DNA of 64,000 nt from Candidatus Bathyarchaeia archaeon (GTDB lineage: Archaea > Thermoproteota > Bathyarchaeia > 40CM-2-53-6). The stretch covers positions 608,001-672,000 of the forward strand of contig JBEKFP010000002.1 in the NCBI GenBank assembly GCA_050013255.1, read 5' to 3'. Every line of letters begins with the position of its first letter. Position 1 is the first letter of the stretch. Of this stretch, positions 47,489 through 57,802 are shown in pieces. The position numbers and the translations under genes are program-made. The notes below the pieces were generated by a model. The model did not search any database. It saw nothing but the letters and a program-made list of their open reading frames with translations, and was not told the origin of the DNA.

Positions 47489-48487
47489 TTATAGAAATTT
47501 CGACATGGTTTGCACCATGTCAACCAGCCTGTTCGAGTAGCCCCACTCGTTATCGTACCATGCGAAGACTTTGACCAACCTATTGTCGAGAACCATGGTT
47601 GAGAGTGAATCGAAAACGGCTGAGTGTGGGTTCCCGATAATGTCAGAGGAGACTAGGGGCTCCTCAGAGTATTCTAGGATATGCTGCATGGGACCGTTCG
47701 CCGCATTTTGGAATGCCTTGTTCACGTAGTCAACGGTGATGTCACGGCCGACTTCAGCCACGAAGTCAACAATGGATCCGTCAGGGACAGGTACTCGTAG
47801 CGCCACGCCGTCAACCTTGCCCTTCAGCTCAGGGATGACCTCAGTTGTCGCGATGGCAGCGCCTGTGGAGGTGGGAATTATTGAGAGCGCTGCTGCCCTC
47901 GCCCGCCTCAAATCGCTATGTGGCAGGTCGTGGAGTCGTTGGTCGCCCGTGTACGCGTGGGCAGTGGTCATAAAACCATGCTTTATCGTGCACGAGTCAT
48001 TCAGCACCTTGACCACTGGCGTCACACAGTTCGTGGTGCAGGATGCAAGTGAGACTACGTCATGCTTCTTCGGGTCGTACTTATCCAAGTTCACTCCCGG
48101 GACAATCGTGATGTCAGGATTCTTGGCAGGAGCGGAAATCAGGACCTTCTTGGCGCCGCCTCTCATATGCTTCACAGCCATGTCCCGACTCGTAAACAGC
48201 CCTGTGGATTCGACCACAATCTCGACGCCGTACTTAGACCAAGGGATTTCGCCGGGATCCTTGACGGACAGTATCTTCACCGGTTTTCCGTCCACCTTGA
48301 AACCGTCAGGCTCTAGGCTGACGGTTCGGCTAAATTTCCCGAACACTGAATCATACTTGAGCAAGTGAGCAGCCGTCTTAGGATCCATGATATCGTTTGC
48401 TGCGACGATATTCAAGCCAGCCTCTGTCGCAGCCCTGAAGAAGCAGCGGCCAATTCTTCCGAAACCGTTAATTCCAATTCGCGACAC
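47489..48487 (-). CDS. gap: Type I (bacterial/eukaryotic) glyceraldehyde-3-phosphate dehydrogenase
   Basis: GINGFGRIGR, ASCTTNC, WYDNEWGYS; start moved to GTG 48487. Confidence 0.96.
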   Translation of the reverse strand: MSRIGINGFGRIGRCFFRAATEAGLNIVAANDIMDPKTAAHLLKYDSVFGKFSRTVSLEPDGFKVDGKPVKILSVKDPGEIPWSKYGVEIVVESTGLFTSRDMAVKHMRGGAKKVLISAPAKNPDITIVPGVNLDKYDPKKHDVVSLASCTTNCVTPVVKVLNDSCTIKHGFMTTAHAYTGDQRLHDLPHSDLRRARAAALSIIPTSTGAAIATTEVIPELKGKVDGVALRVPVPDGSIVDFVAEVGRDITVDYVNKAFQNAANGPMQHILEYSEEPLVSSDIIGNPHSAVFDSLSTMVLDNRLVKVFAWYDNEWGYSNRLVDMVQTMSKFL

Positions 48488-48733
48488 GATTGCGCAACCT
48501 CCTGCCTGAAACGACGAACGATGAGATAAGATGTTCCCTCGGTAATACATTTTTGCTGATTACTAGATCATAGTATTGATTGGCGCTGTATCCGGAACTC
48601 CCCGTGTCTTTCACTTTCTTTCCATACTTCCAGAGTTCTGAGCTTCGTTCCAAGTTCGGCTAGTTCACAGTGTCAGGGGAGCCGCACGACTTGGCAGGCA
48701 GAGGTAAATTCAACATGCATGTTTTGAGGTATC

Positions 48734-49483
48734 ATGCGGCTGCATGCTATTTCACTGACTGCAATAGTGATTCTATTTCTTGGGGCATCAACAGGTTTGG
48801 CTTCAGCCCAGTCGCCCGTCTCCGGTGACATATTTTACTTTCACTTGAAGGCCGTGACATACCGTAGCGAGAACGCCTCTGCCACGCTTGTTGAAGAAGC
48901 CAATTTGACGGCCCCTTCAGGTTCAACTCCAAGAGTCTTTGAAGTCGCCGCGGCTATCCGAAACGCTACGACAATCTTCGGTACTATCTGGGTAGGATCC
49001 GTTGCTTGGGTGACTGGACCACTAACGGAACCTACAATGCTTGACGGAACCGCAACATTCACAGTGTGGCTCTCAAGCGACGACGTTACCCCATCCTTCT
49101 CTGGTGTGGGGGCAGGGGTTGCAGTTCTCAATCAACAAAATCAGACCGTTGGAAACTACCGTTACGCCTTCGACTACGCGCGCGGCAAGGCTCTCACCGG
49201 AACCCCGACGCTTTACAGTTTCAATGTCGAACTCAACCAAAACGTCTCTGCAGGCCAGAGACTGGTTTTCGCTGTTGGGGTGGGTTCGACGACTGAGGGG
49301 TGGCGTATGAATGTCTTTTTCGACGACGTACAACACTCTAGCGGCGTCCAACTACCCACGGCCGTAACCGTAGTCCCGGAATTCGACGCTGCCACATTTT
49401 TCCTGGCAATTCTCATCCCAACGATTCTATCGTTAACGATACCGCAACAAGCGATTCGGGGCAAGAAAGCCAGGCCTAGTTGA
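48734..49483 (+). CDS. Secreted protein with PEF-CTERM-like sorting signal
   Basis: Signal peptide; C-terminal VPEF, TM and basic tail. Confidence 0.75.
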   Translation: MRLHAISLTAIVILFLGASTGLASAQSPVSGDIFYFHLKAVTYRSENASATLVEEANLTAPSGSTPRVFEVAAAIRNATTIFGTIWVGSVAWVTGPLTEPTMLDGTATFTVWLSSDDVTPSFSGVGAGVAVLNQQNQTVGNYRYAFDYARGKALTGTPTLYSFNVELNQNVSAGQRLVFAVGVGSTTEGWRMNVFFDDVQHSSGVQLPTAVTVVPEFDAATFFLAILIPTILSLTIPQQAIRGKKARPS

Positions 49484-49686
49484 GGAAAAGTTCTGAAAGA
49501 GAACGAGGGCCTGAATGAGATATGTCTCCCGAGCAATACCGGTCCAGTGATTCCGAATCTGCCTGTGCATAGCATTTATATGGGGTACTTCGAAAGGTAC
49601 GTTTTGGATGCTCATGTCAGTTACTTACGCTTCGCTTCCTCTGTATACCGAAGCAAACATGAGCAAATTAGGAGGTTCAATCATAA

Positions 49687-50874
49687 TTGGGAGCAAATTC
49701 ACAATATGCACCTACGACCAAGTATATGATCGTCGCCCGTTTCGAAGTGGAGGGCGTCGTAGAGAAGCCTGACGTGATAGGCGCCATATTCGGTCAAACA
49801 GAAGGATTGTTTGGTCCGGACCTGGATCTACGCGAGCTTCAAAAATCCGGTCGAATCGGACGCATAGAAATTCAATTGGAATCCAAACAGGATAAAACAT
49901 TTGGAGCAATCACCATCCCGTCGAGCCTTGACAAGACCTCGACAGCCATTATCGCAGCCGCTGTACAAAGCGTGGACCGCATAGGTCCATGCATCGCCAA
50001 AGTCACATTGGACAAGGTCGCCGACATCAGAGAAGAAAAACGTAAGGTGATTCTGGACAAGGCGAAGGACATTCTCCGCACTTGGGTCATTGAAGACTCA
50101 CCAAGCACAGACGAGATGGTCAAGGACGTATCGGGCGTAATCCGCTCGTCAGACGTTGCCGAGTATGGGGCGGATCATCTTCCCGCAGGTCCAGACGTTT
50201 CCACCAGTGCAGCCGTAATTTTCGTTGAAGGCAGGGCTGACATCGTCAACCTTCTCCGATGTGGAATTAGAAACGCAGTAGCGATTGAAGGGACGAAGAT
50301 TCCCCGGACTATAATGGACCTAGCGAAAACTAAGGAAACGACTGCCTTCCTCGATGGGGACAGGGGCGGGGACCTGATTTTGAAGGAATTGATGCAGGTT
50401 GCTCCGGTGGATTATGTTGCACGGGCTCCTCTGGGTAAGGAAGTCGAAGACCTAGTGCCGAAAGAAATCCTGAAGGCCCTGCGCGAGAAAGTGCCAGTTG
50501 AAACCGCAAGGCCCCCAGGGACACGCCCCCCAGAACCAGTTCATGTTCCAACGCGACCACCTCCCGCGCAGCTGCCTCAAAACGTTGTAGTCAAAGCCCG
50601 CGAACTCAGGGGCTCCCTGGAAGGGGTGTTGCTCGACCAGAACCTGAATGAGATTGCCAAGTTACCCGTAAGCGAACTTGCAGGCAAACTCGCTGACTAC
50701 CAAGGGGTTGATACCATCGTCTTCGACGGAGTGGTCACTCAAAGGTTGGTAGATTTGGCTGAGGAGCGAGGCATCAAATTACTTGTGGGAGACCGGATCG
50801 CGGACCTAGCACGTAGGCCCGCCTCAATTAGGATCATGACCCTCCCCGAAGTCGCTGGCCCGCCAACGGCCTAG
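49687..50874 (+). CDS. dnaG: Archaeal DnaG (exosome-associated primase-like protein)
   Basis: GVVEKPDVIGAIFGQTEGL, VEGRAD, FLDGDRGG, DGVVTQRL. Confidence 0.96.
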   Translation: MGANSQYAPTTKYMIVARFEVEGVVEKPDVIGAIFGQTEGLFGPDLDLRELQKSGRIGRIEIQLESKQDKTFGAITIPSSLDKTSTAIIAAAVQSVDRIGPCIAKVTLDKVADIREEKRKVILDKAKDILRTWVIEDSPSTDEMVKDVSGVIRSSDVAEYGADHLPAGPDVSTSAAVIFVEGRADIVNLLRCGIRNAVAIEGTKIPRTIMDLAKTKETTAFLDGDRGGDLILKELMQVAPVDYVARAPLGKEVEDLVPKEILKALREKVPVETARPPGTRPPEPVHVPTRPPPAQLPQNVVVKARELRGSLEGVLLDQNLNEIAKLPVSELAGKLADYQGVDTIVFDGVVTQRLVDLAEERGIKLLVGDRIADLARRPASIRIMTLPEVAGPPTA

Positions 50875-53228
50875 GTTTCCAACTGCCCTTCGCTTACACC
50901 GAACCGTTCTAAGATCCGCATCGCGGCAGGCTTCACCTGGTTCTCCAAGTAGTACTCTCTGTCAACGTCTTCAGGTTTCACTTGGCTTGAAGGTTTGGCC
51001 TTCTGGAAAAGCTTTCCAGGTCCCTTCGTGATCACATAAGCGACCTTATCGCCAACCGTTAGGGTCCAACCCTCCTTCATCAATCGCTTAGCAACCTCAA
51101 CGTGGGGCGTTCTCACAACGTACTTTTCAATGGGTTTGGTCAACGTTTTCCGAATCGTAAGGTCAGCGAGCGGCACTTTCCCCTTTTGCAGTTTGCGTAT
51201 AGTCGCCTTGACTGCCTCAACAGCTTCCTCTAGAGATTGATCACGTAGGATCTTCCCCAATACTTCTTCTTGGACTTGGCGCGCAATATCAGACCAATCG
51301 CCGCGAACAACCTCTAACCCGACTATGTCTAAGGAATCATCTGGGAGAAGGCCTGCATACCGCTTCATCGCCTCCGTGAACATGACCCGGCGGTATTCTC
51401 GTTCAACCCTGATTTCCAGTCCGAGCTCATCTTCAACCCAATCGAGGAGCTGCTTGACCTTCGCGCGCTCATTCTTGACGAAGAGTGAGTCAGTGTCGCC
51501 GTAGATTATTGAGAGCCCGAGGGATTCTGCTTTCGTTATGGTTTTGGTAATCGTCTCTCGCCCCAGGGCGGCGGCGGATTCTGCAACCTCCCGGACATGC
51601 CACCGCGCGCCTGCCCACCCCGCGTAACCGTAGCACGCGTTCGTTATCACCTTCAGAGCCCTTTCACGTTCCTTCAGGACCTTATAGCCAGTCGACTTGG
51701 GACTCGCTCCCTTCAGCAAGGCTTTGATTGACAACCGCTCGTGAATGAGCGTGGCGAGTACTGTTTTGTACAAGCCGTCCGGTTTTGTCTTGAACCGGTG
51801 GTTCACTTCAGGAATGATGAACACTGAGTCTTCAGGAACGCTTTCGCCTGGTTTGATGAATGTATCGGGTGAGAGGTTGTACTTTTCCATGAGGGTGGGG
51901 TACATGGAGGCGAAGTCAAGTACCGCAACGTCGTCATGCAACCCAGTCTTGGGCTCAAGCACAATTGCACCCCTATACGTGAAGTATGGTTGCTCATTCC
52001 TCCCCGGAATCAACTCTCCTATTTGATGGGCCTTGCGAATCAAATACGAGTCGACGCGAAACCCAGTCGCCGCAGCCATAACCTGGTCGAGCGGCAACCC
52101 TGTTAGAGCGGAAAGTTGCATCGGAAAAATCATTGTTTCTCTCGCCAGCTCTAACGAAGCCTGGGCCGACATGCTTGCGTTTTCGATCAGTTTTCTTCTT
52201 CCGGACTCCTCAGCCCATAACGAAGACCTGTCCCATTCTTCGAACGTTGTGAACTTTACAGCGGAATCAAGTTGAAGATATTTGGCAACGTTTTCGAGCG
52301 TCTTCACTTTGACTTCAGGGATACCACTTGCCACGTCGAAGAGGTCTAGGTTTGCTCTGCCAGCTACTGAAACGTGGCCGTAGACGCTGGTATGCGGTTC
52401 ACTGGAATCCCGTCCCACCGCCAACTTGAATTTGACGGCTTTTGATCGTTGGATCAGGTACAGCCAATCTTGTGTGTTGGTCTGGAAGCCGACGATGATA
52501 TCCGGGTCGTAGCCCTTTACGAATTCGACGAAATCTTTTAGGACCTTTACATCGTCCTTTTCGGAAACAAGAGTTGCCGATTTTCCTGAGGTTGTCGCTA
52601 GGGCTATCGCTCGAATGGGGTCGCTCTCAGGCTTCGCTGAACCTTTCTCCCCCACCGTGAGCGTGTAGAAAGCAAGGATTCGAAGGGTTGGAACAGTATC
52701 GTCGGCAACACTCTTGGGCGCTGTAGACGCGACGTAAGCATCGTACCCTTCAGCCCCATCGAGCTTTATTTTGTCGGTTTCGCATTCGTTCCAACCGCAC
52801 GGGGTCAACATCAGGTCGGCCATGTAGCGGACTGGGAGCCTTAGGTCGTTCTCAAAGCCCTCGCCCTTGCCTACTAGCTTCTGCAACTCTTTCGAGTAGC
52901 CTGATCGCACGTCGGACGTAGCGCAGGTTATCTTCAGCACTTTGCATTCTTGGCCAAGGTGCTTTTTTGTTTCGATTGATACGCTAATTATTCCTGGAAA
53001 ATGCTTCTTGTCCTCGATGACCTTCTGCCTAATTGTCTCGAGGTCGTCTTGCTGGTTTGGTAGAAAATAGCCGTAAGGCATTATCAGGTTGCTGAGTATG
53101 CAAATTCTAGCGCCCTTCTCGTCCACGCCCCAAAACCTGACGCAAGGTTTCCCTTCCCACTCCACTTCATTATCATCGAGTAGGTAGAATCGAGATCTCA
53201 CTAGGCCATCACCCTTACTCATGCCCAA
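50871..53228 (-). CDS. polB: Family B DNA polymerase (PolB3-like) with degenerate exonuclease motifs
   Basis: LDFASMYP, KVITNACYGY, YGDTDS, KRYAG, YYLENQ. Confidence 0.93.
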   Translation of the reverse strand: MGMSKGDGLVRSRFYLLDDNEVEWEGKPCVRFWGVDEKGARICILSNLIMPYGYFLPNQQDDLETIRQKVIEDKKHFPGIISVSIETKKHLGQECKVLKITCATSDVRSGYSKELQKLVGKGEGFENDLRLPVRYMADLMLTPCGWNECETDKIKLDGAEGYDAYVASTAPKSVADDTVPTLRILAFYTLTVGEKGSAKPESDPIRAIALATTSGKSATLVSEKDDVKVLKDFVEFVKGYDPDIIVGFQTNTQDWLYLIQRSKAVKFKLAVGRDSSEPHTSVYGHVSVAGRANLDLFDVASGIPEVKVKTLENVAKYLQLDSAVKFTTFEEWDRSSLWAEESGRRKLIENASMSAQASLELARETMIFPMQLSALTGLPLDQVMAAATGFRVDSYLIRKAHQIGELIPGRNEQPYFTYRGAIVLEPKTGLHDDVAVLDFASMYPTLMEKYNLSPDTFIKPGESVPEDSVFIIPEVNHRFKTKPDGLYKTVLATLIHERLSIKALLKGASPKSTGYKVLKERERALKVITNACYGYAGWAGARWHVREVAESAAALGRETITKTITKAESLGLSIIYGDTDSLFVKNERAKVKQLLDWVEDELGLEIRVEREYRRVMFTEAMKRYAGLLPDDSLDIVGLEVVRGDWSDIARQVQEEVLGKILRDQSLEEAVEAVKATIRKLQKGKVPLADLTIRKTLTKPIEKYVVRTPHVEVAKRLMKEGWTLTVGDKVAYVITKGPGKLFQKAKPSSQVKPEDVDREYYLENQVKPAAMRILERFGVSEGQLET

Positions 53229-53688
53229 CCTTCACGACCTGTTTCTTGAAGCTCATTCGCATCCGCAGTGCAGCTGAACCGTCTGAGTAATAATTCTCTA
53301 GAACCATCATACGTGCAAAGTCGAACTTCTCGTAAAGTTTGATGGCCTCTTTGTTATCCTGTTTTACTTCAAGCCAGAGCTCTTCTACCCGGTGTGCCTC
53401 TAGGTATTCTATGAGGTTCTCGAGTAGTGCTGTCGCTACGCCTTTTCTACGGCCCTCAGTGAGAACCGCGATAGAAATCAAGTGGGCTAGCCTACCCTCT
53501 ATGGAGGAGACGCAGTACCCGACCAGTGCGCCATTCCCATTTTCCGCCACTAGGAAATAGTTTCCAATTTCATCTAGCAATCGGTTGAGTAGGTGGCGGG
53601 GATATGGGTCGGAGAAGGAATTATCCTCGATTAGGCAAATGGCCTGAAGGTCTGTTGCCGATGCGGGTCGAATTCGCAAACTTTTCAC
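53215..53688 (-). CDS. rimI: RimI/Ard1-like GNAT N-acetyltransferase
   Basis: HLISIAV, RRKGVA, LEVKQDN..AIKLY, YYSDG. Confidence 0.88.
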   Translation of the reverse strand: MKSLRIRPASATDLQAICLIEDNSFSDPYPRHLLNRLLDEIGNYFLVAENGNGALVGYCVSSIEGRLAHLISIAVLTEGRRKGVATALLENLIEYLEAHRVEELWLEVKQDNKEAIKLYEKFDFARMMVLENYYSDGSAALRMRMSFKKQVVKVGHE

Positions 53689-53786
53689 AGGGCATCCGGC
53701 TCAGTTTCGATTAGTCTAAGTCCTAGGAAAGTTAAATATGGCGAACTGGGTTGACCAGCCCGAATATTCACTTGGATGTGTGACGA

Positions 53787-54188
53787 CTGTCGGAGAAGAA
53801 AGTACCTCAGCGCTGGGGTATAGCGAATATCTATTCCTCGTTCAACAATACCATGGTTCACATAACGGACCTCAGCGGTGCTGAAACCATCTCCCGTAGC
53901 GCCGGGGGACAGCACGTAAAGGCGGACCGGCTTCAAGGGTCGCCTTACGCTGCGATGCAAGCTGCCGCGGCAGCAGCCCGTGTGGCTAAGGACAGAGGAA
54001 TCACATCCCTTCACATCAGAGTCAGGGCCCCAGGCGGCCACAAAGCGAGAACCCCAGGCCCAGGAGCTCAAGCTGCAATCAGAATGCTCGCGCGAACAGG
54101 TTTCAGGATCGGCCGAATCGAGGACGTTACCCCGGTTCCACATGATGGTACACGCAGGCCCGGCGGTCGCCGGGGCAGACGCGTATAA
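53787..54188 (+). CDS. rps11: 30S ribosomal protein uS11 (apparent CTG start)
   Basis: [13 protein letters not shown] lies upstream of the ORF-track ATG; [24 protein letters not shown]. Confidence 0.95.
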   Translation: MSEKKVPQRWGIANIYSSFNNTMVHITDLSGAETISRSAGGQHVKADRLQGSPYAAMQAAAAAARVAKDRGITSLHIRVRAPGGHKARTPGPGAQAAIRMLARTGFRIGRIEDVTPVPHDGTRRPGGRRGRRV

Positions 54189-54212
54189 CCGTCGAACATA
54201 CCGCAGCGATCA

Positions 54213-54533
54213 GTGGACCAAATGCTCTCAATTCATCCTTCACTTGTTGAAAGACTTCGTCAGACGCTACTTGCGGATGGCTTTTCTAGCGCTGGAATAT
54301 TCCAGATTTGGAAGAGAGGGCAGGTTTTCGGCTATATCCGCCGCCTACGGTTTGATCTGGAGTGGCATGTGAGGGCTTATGCCGACGGACGCTTAGAGTC
54401 TGAGCTTGAACCGCCCCGAAACACAATTAGGCACCTACTCGTCAATCCCTACCAATCAGATGGCATGTTAGCCCTGCTTCTCAGCAACACCAAATCCCAT
54501 TTTGGACCGCTCAGTAACTTACCTGGTTATTGA
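54213..54533 (+). CDS. Hypothetical protein
   Basis: 106-aa ORF filling the gap between rps11 and glyA on the same strand. Confidence 0.55.
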   Translation: MDQMLSIHPSLVERLRQTLLADGFSSAGIFQIWKRGQVFGYIRRLRFDLEWHVRAYADGRLESELEPPRNTIRHLLVNPYQSDGMLALLLSNTKSHFGPLSNLPGY

Positions 54534-55743
54534 TCTTCCATTGAAACGTCAGACTAAGGAAAAGAAAGTAAAAATCCCGCCCTCCCTGAGGAAACTGCTA
54601 CACCAGCATGAAGCTTGGCGGCTAGGCCAATGCCTGAACCTTCTTCCCTCGGAAAACATGTCCAGCCCAGCAGTGCGCGGAATGCTCAGCTGCGACCTCG
54701 CCAATCGGTACACGTCGCCCGAACGATTCTACATGGGAACAAAGTACATTGATCAAATCCAGACCGAGACTGAGACATTAGCGAAAGAAATCTTCCGTGC
54801 CAAGTACGCGGATGTGAGGCCTCTTTCATGCCATTCCGCCGACATGATCGCCCTAACCGCATTGGCAAAGCGTGGAGACAAAATAATTACAGTCGGCCCG
54901 GGAAACGGCGGGTACCCGGGCATCTCTCAGGATGGGTACCCGAAAATTTACGGGCTCCAGGTCCTCGAATTTCCTTTCAACAGAAGAGTGTTCAACATTC
55001 ACACCGAACAGGCAAAGGCGCTCATCGAGCGGGAACGGCCAAGCGTCGTAGTTTTCGGGGCAAGCCTAATTCTCTTTCCACACCCCGTCCGAGCGTTGGC
55101 TGGTGTTTGCGAGCAAGTTGGCGCAAAGGTTCTGTTTGACGGTTCACACGTGTTGGGCTTAATCGCTGGAGGCCAATTCCAAGACCCACTGAGGGAAGGC
55201 GCAGCTGTGTTGATTGGTTCTACGCACAAGAGTTTCTTCGGCCCACAAGGGGGAATCATACTCTCAAACGCCTATGAGGAGAGCCTAAGGAAGGAAGTTC
55301 ATCCCGCCATCGTCGATAACGCCCACTGGAACTGCATCGCCGCACTTCAAGTTGCCCTCTACGAAATGAAAAGGTTCGGCAAACGGTATGCTCAGCAGGT
55401 CGTGCGCAACAGCAAAACCCTCGCAGAGGCACTGGACCAGCATGGGGTCAAGTTGCTTGGGAAGGAAGCTGGGTTCACCCAATCTCACCAGGTCATAGTC
55501 GACGTCCCATCCGAGGATGAGGGCTTTCGCCTGGCGCGGAGACTCGAGAAAGCAAACATGATCGTCGACATAGCAGTTAGGATTGGAACGAGTGAGGAGA
55601 CGAGGCGTGGGATGCGGGAAGGCGAAATGGAACAAATAGCCGAACTGATTGCTCGGGTATGGATCAGAAACGAGGACCCCGCTAGGATCAAGAAGGAAGT
55701 CTTGCGGTTAAGGCGAGATTTCCCATCTATTCATTTCGCCTAA
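54502..55743 (+). CDS. glyA: Serine hydroxymethyltransferase (archaeal type; start uncertain)
   Basis: LNLLPSEN, DGSHVLGLIAGG, STHKSFFGPQGG, SHQV. Confidence 0.93.
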   Translation: MDRSVTYLVIDLPLKRQTKEKKVKIPPSLRKLLHQHEAWRLGQCLNLLPSENMSSPAVRGMLSCDLANRYTSPERFYMGTKYIDQIQTETETLAKEIFRAKYADVRPLSCHSADMIALTALAKRGDKIITVGPGNGGYPGISQDGYPKIYGLQVLEFPFNRRVFNIHTEQAKALIERERPSVVVFGASLILFPHPVRALAGVCEQVGAKVLFDGSHVLGLIAGGQFQDPLREGAAVLIGSTHKSFFGPQGGIILSNAYEESLRKEVHPAIVDNAHWNCIAALQVALYEMKRFGKRYAQQVVRNSKTLAEALDQHGVKLLGKEAGFTQSHQVIVDVPSEDEGFRLARRLEKANMIVDIAVRIGTSEETRRGMREGEMEQIAELIARVWIRNEDPARIKKEVLRLRRDFPSIHFA

Positions 55744-56996
55744 GAGGCCCTATAGCGCAGGATCGCGGCGATCCCGCCGAAAGAATCCTTCAGCATTACA
55801 CCCTCATCAGTTTCCGTAGATATAACTGCGATGTTGGCGTTTTGTTTCTCCGCGATTTCCACCAACTCGTCTACCAAATCCGTCGTGTTCTCGATGAAGA
55901 GAGCTGATGCGTTGCATTTCTTGCAGGGAGTGGCCATGAGGTCCTGTTCGAACTTGACTAGGTTAGCTTGCGGAATGAGCGAGTCCTCAACGGCGCCGCA
56001 GTTTTTGCACTTCGTGTAGACGTGGAGTATGTTCATCTTCTCGGAAACAAGCAGAAGATCGATTATGCCCGCGGTCAAGAATTTTCTGACCTGAGTCTCT
56101 CCGTAGACGCCCAGGCCCGTTTCATGGCCGATTTCATACAGGAATTTCTGGACGAGACGTTTCTCCTCTAAGTACCTGACGCCTTTCAGAACGTCTTGGC
56201 TCTTGGAGATTATTTCCTCGACGCCCTGCTCCCCTACGTAGGACGTATCAACGGTGGCCATGATCTTCTCCTTCAACATGTAATTCAGGTAATCCCCTTC
56301 CACGAAGTCATGCTTCGTTGGCCCAGGGCCGCCTATGATCAGGCCTTTCAATCCCTGAACCTTGCCGAGTAGCTCGTATGAGTGGGTCGCAACCCTTCTG
56401 AAGTAGTCGTTCATAGCCTGCTCGCGGATCCGCTCAAAACGCCTGGCCGATTGCCCACCGGCTCTATGCTTACCAGGTATGCCCGACGTGAATTCCCGCA
56501 AGACTTCCATCCTTTGGCCTCGGACAGTAGCCACGACTGCTTCAGTAGAATCAACCACTATGACGCCAAACGCGTCCCGCTCGGTAGCCATCTCCAGTAA
56601 TGGCTCAAGGTGAAACTTCGCGTCACACCGGTAGAAGTAAATATTGATTGGTTCGGGTGGTTCGAGAACGTAGGTTTCCATCTTCTCCGTCCCGGGTCCT
56701 CCGTGTGGGATTGCCCCACAGAAAATGACTAAACCATTTTTTGGGGGCTCTTTGAAAAGCTTAAGCCTTTGCTGCACTCTCTCAATGGCTTCCAAAACGT
56801 TCTTTCGCGTCGTTCGCGATTTGATGTTTGAAGCGGTCCCGTACTCCTCACGGAGGTTAGCCATCACTTCGTGAATTCTCCGGGCTGGCGGGACATAGAG
56901 GCTTATGAGTTCGGTTCCACGACCCTCCTTGGAGGCTAGCATTTCCAATGTCCGTTTCAGCCTAAAGCGCGACACTGAATCCGAAGTCGTCGACAA
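55740..56996 (-). CDS. prf1: Peptide chain release factor aRF1
   Basis: GTELISLY, TASNIKS, YRCD, GGQSARRF. Confidence 0.97.
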   Translation of the reverse strand: MSTTSDSVSRFRLKRTLEMLASKEGRGTELISLYVPPARRIHEVMANLREEYGTASNIKSRTTRKNVLEAIERVQQRLKLFKEPPKNGLVIFCGAIPHGGPGTEKMETYVLEPPEPINIYFYRCDAKFHLEPLLEMATERDAFGVIVVDSTEAVVATVRGQRMEVLREFTSGIPGKHRAGGQSARRFERIREQAMNDYFRRVATHSYELLGKVQGLKGLIIGGPGPTKHDFVEGDYLNYMLKEKIMATVDTSYVGEQGVEEIISKSQDVLKGVRYLEEKRLVQKFLYEIGHETGLGVYGETQVRKFLTAGIIDLLLVSEKMNILHVYTKCKNCGAVEDSLIPQANLVKFEQDLMATPCKKCNASALFIENTTDLVDELVEIAEKQNANIAVISTETDEGVMLKDSFGGIAAILRYRAS

Positions 56997-57106
56997 TGGA
57001 AGGACCGTTGCGCATGGGTAACGTTCCGGATTTTATATAGGTTGGTTCGGAGGGGCATGGTTTCAGAAATCAAATAACACTCGGGACATACTATCAGTTA
57101 AGGCGT

Positions 57107-57790
57107 TTGTTTTTGAAAGCGGTGCTGAAGCTTGGCGGTTTCGCCTTCCCAGGCGGATCTGGAAAGCTTCTCGTCGAAGAATACGTGAAGTTACTCAAGG
57201 AACTTGCAGGCGAGTACCATTTTGTGGTTGTGACTGGTGGTGGCGGCGTCGCCCGCACATACATCAAAGCCGCTCGGACCATGGGTGTCACTGAGTCGCT
57301 TTGTGATCAGATAGGCATCCTGGTGAGTAGGTTGAACGCACGGCTGTTAGTTGATGGATTGGGAGAATACGCTTTCCCAGAAATCCCTGTCAGCATTGGG
57401 GACTTGAAACATTATTTTGGGTCAGGAAAAATCGTGGCCATGGGCGGACTCACACCAGGCCATTCAACCAACGCCGTTGCCGCAATCGCAGCAGAAACCG
57501 TCGGCGCCGAGCTTTTCGTAAATGCAACTGACGTTGAAGGAGTCTTCACATCCGACCCGAGCAAGGACAAGAAAGCAAAGAAGCTGGACGAAGTATCGGT
57601 CAGCAAGCTAACAGAAATCCTCTCGAAAGCCGACATCACAGCCGGAGCCTATGAACTCATGGACCCACTCGCCATCCGAATCATAGCTCGATCAAAGATA
57701 CCGACCATAATCCTGGACGGACGAACAACAGCAAACGTAATCCGAGCCCTAAGGAATGAGCATGTTGGGACCCGCGTGCTACCAGGCTAG
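57107..57790 (+). CDS. pyrH: Uridylate kinase
   Basis: VLKLGG, VTGGG..AR.YI, PGHSTNAVAA, DVEGVFTSDP. Confidence 0.94.
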   Translation: MFLKAVLKLGGFAFPGGSGKLLVEEYVKLLKELAGEYHFVVVTGGGGVARTYIKAARTMGVTESLCDQIGILVSRLNARLLVDGLGEYAFPEIPVSIGDLKHYFGSGKIVAMGGLTPGHSTNAVAAIAAETVGAELFVNATDVEGVFTSDPSKDKKAKKLDEVSVSKLTEILSKADITAGAYELMDPLAIRIIARSKIPTIILDGRTTANVIRALRNEHVGTRVLPG

Positions 57791-57802
57791 GCGGCTTGCC
57801 AT

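Noticed and set aside
47736-48368. Long antisense ORFs, e.g. opposite gap; also 2348-2923, 14284-14886 and 29681-30283
   Set aside because: Shadow frames of well-conserved genes, with no motifs.
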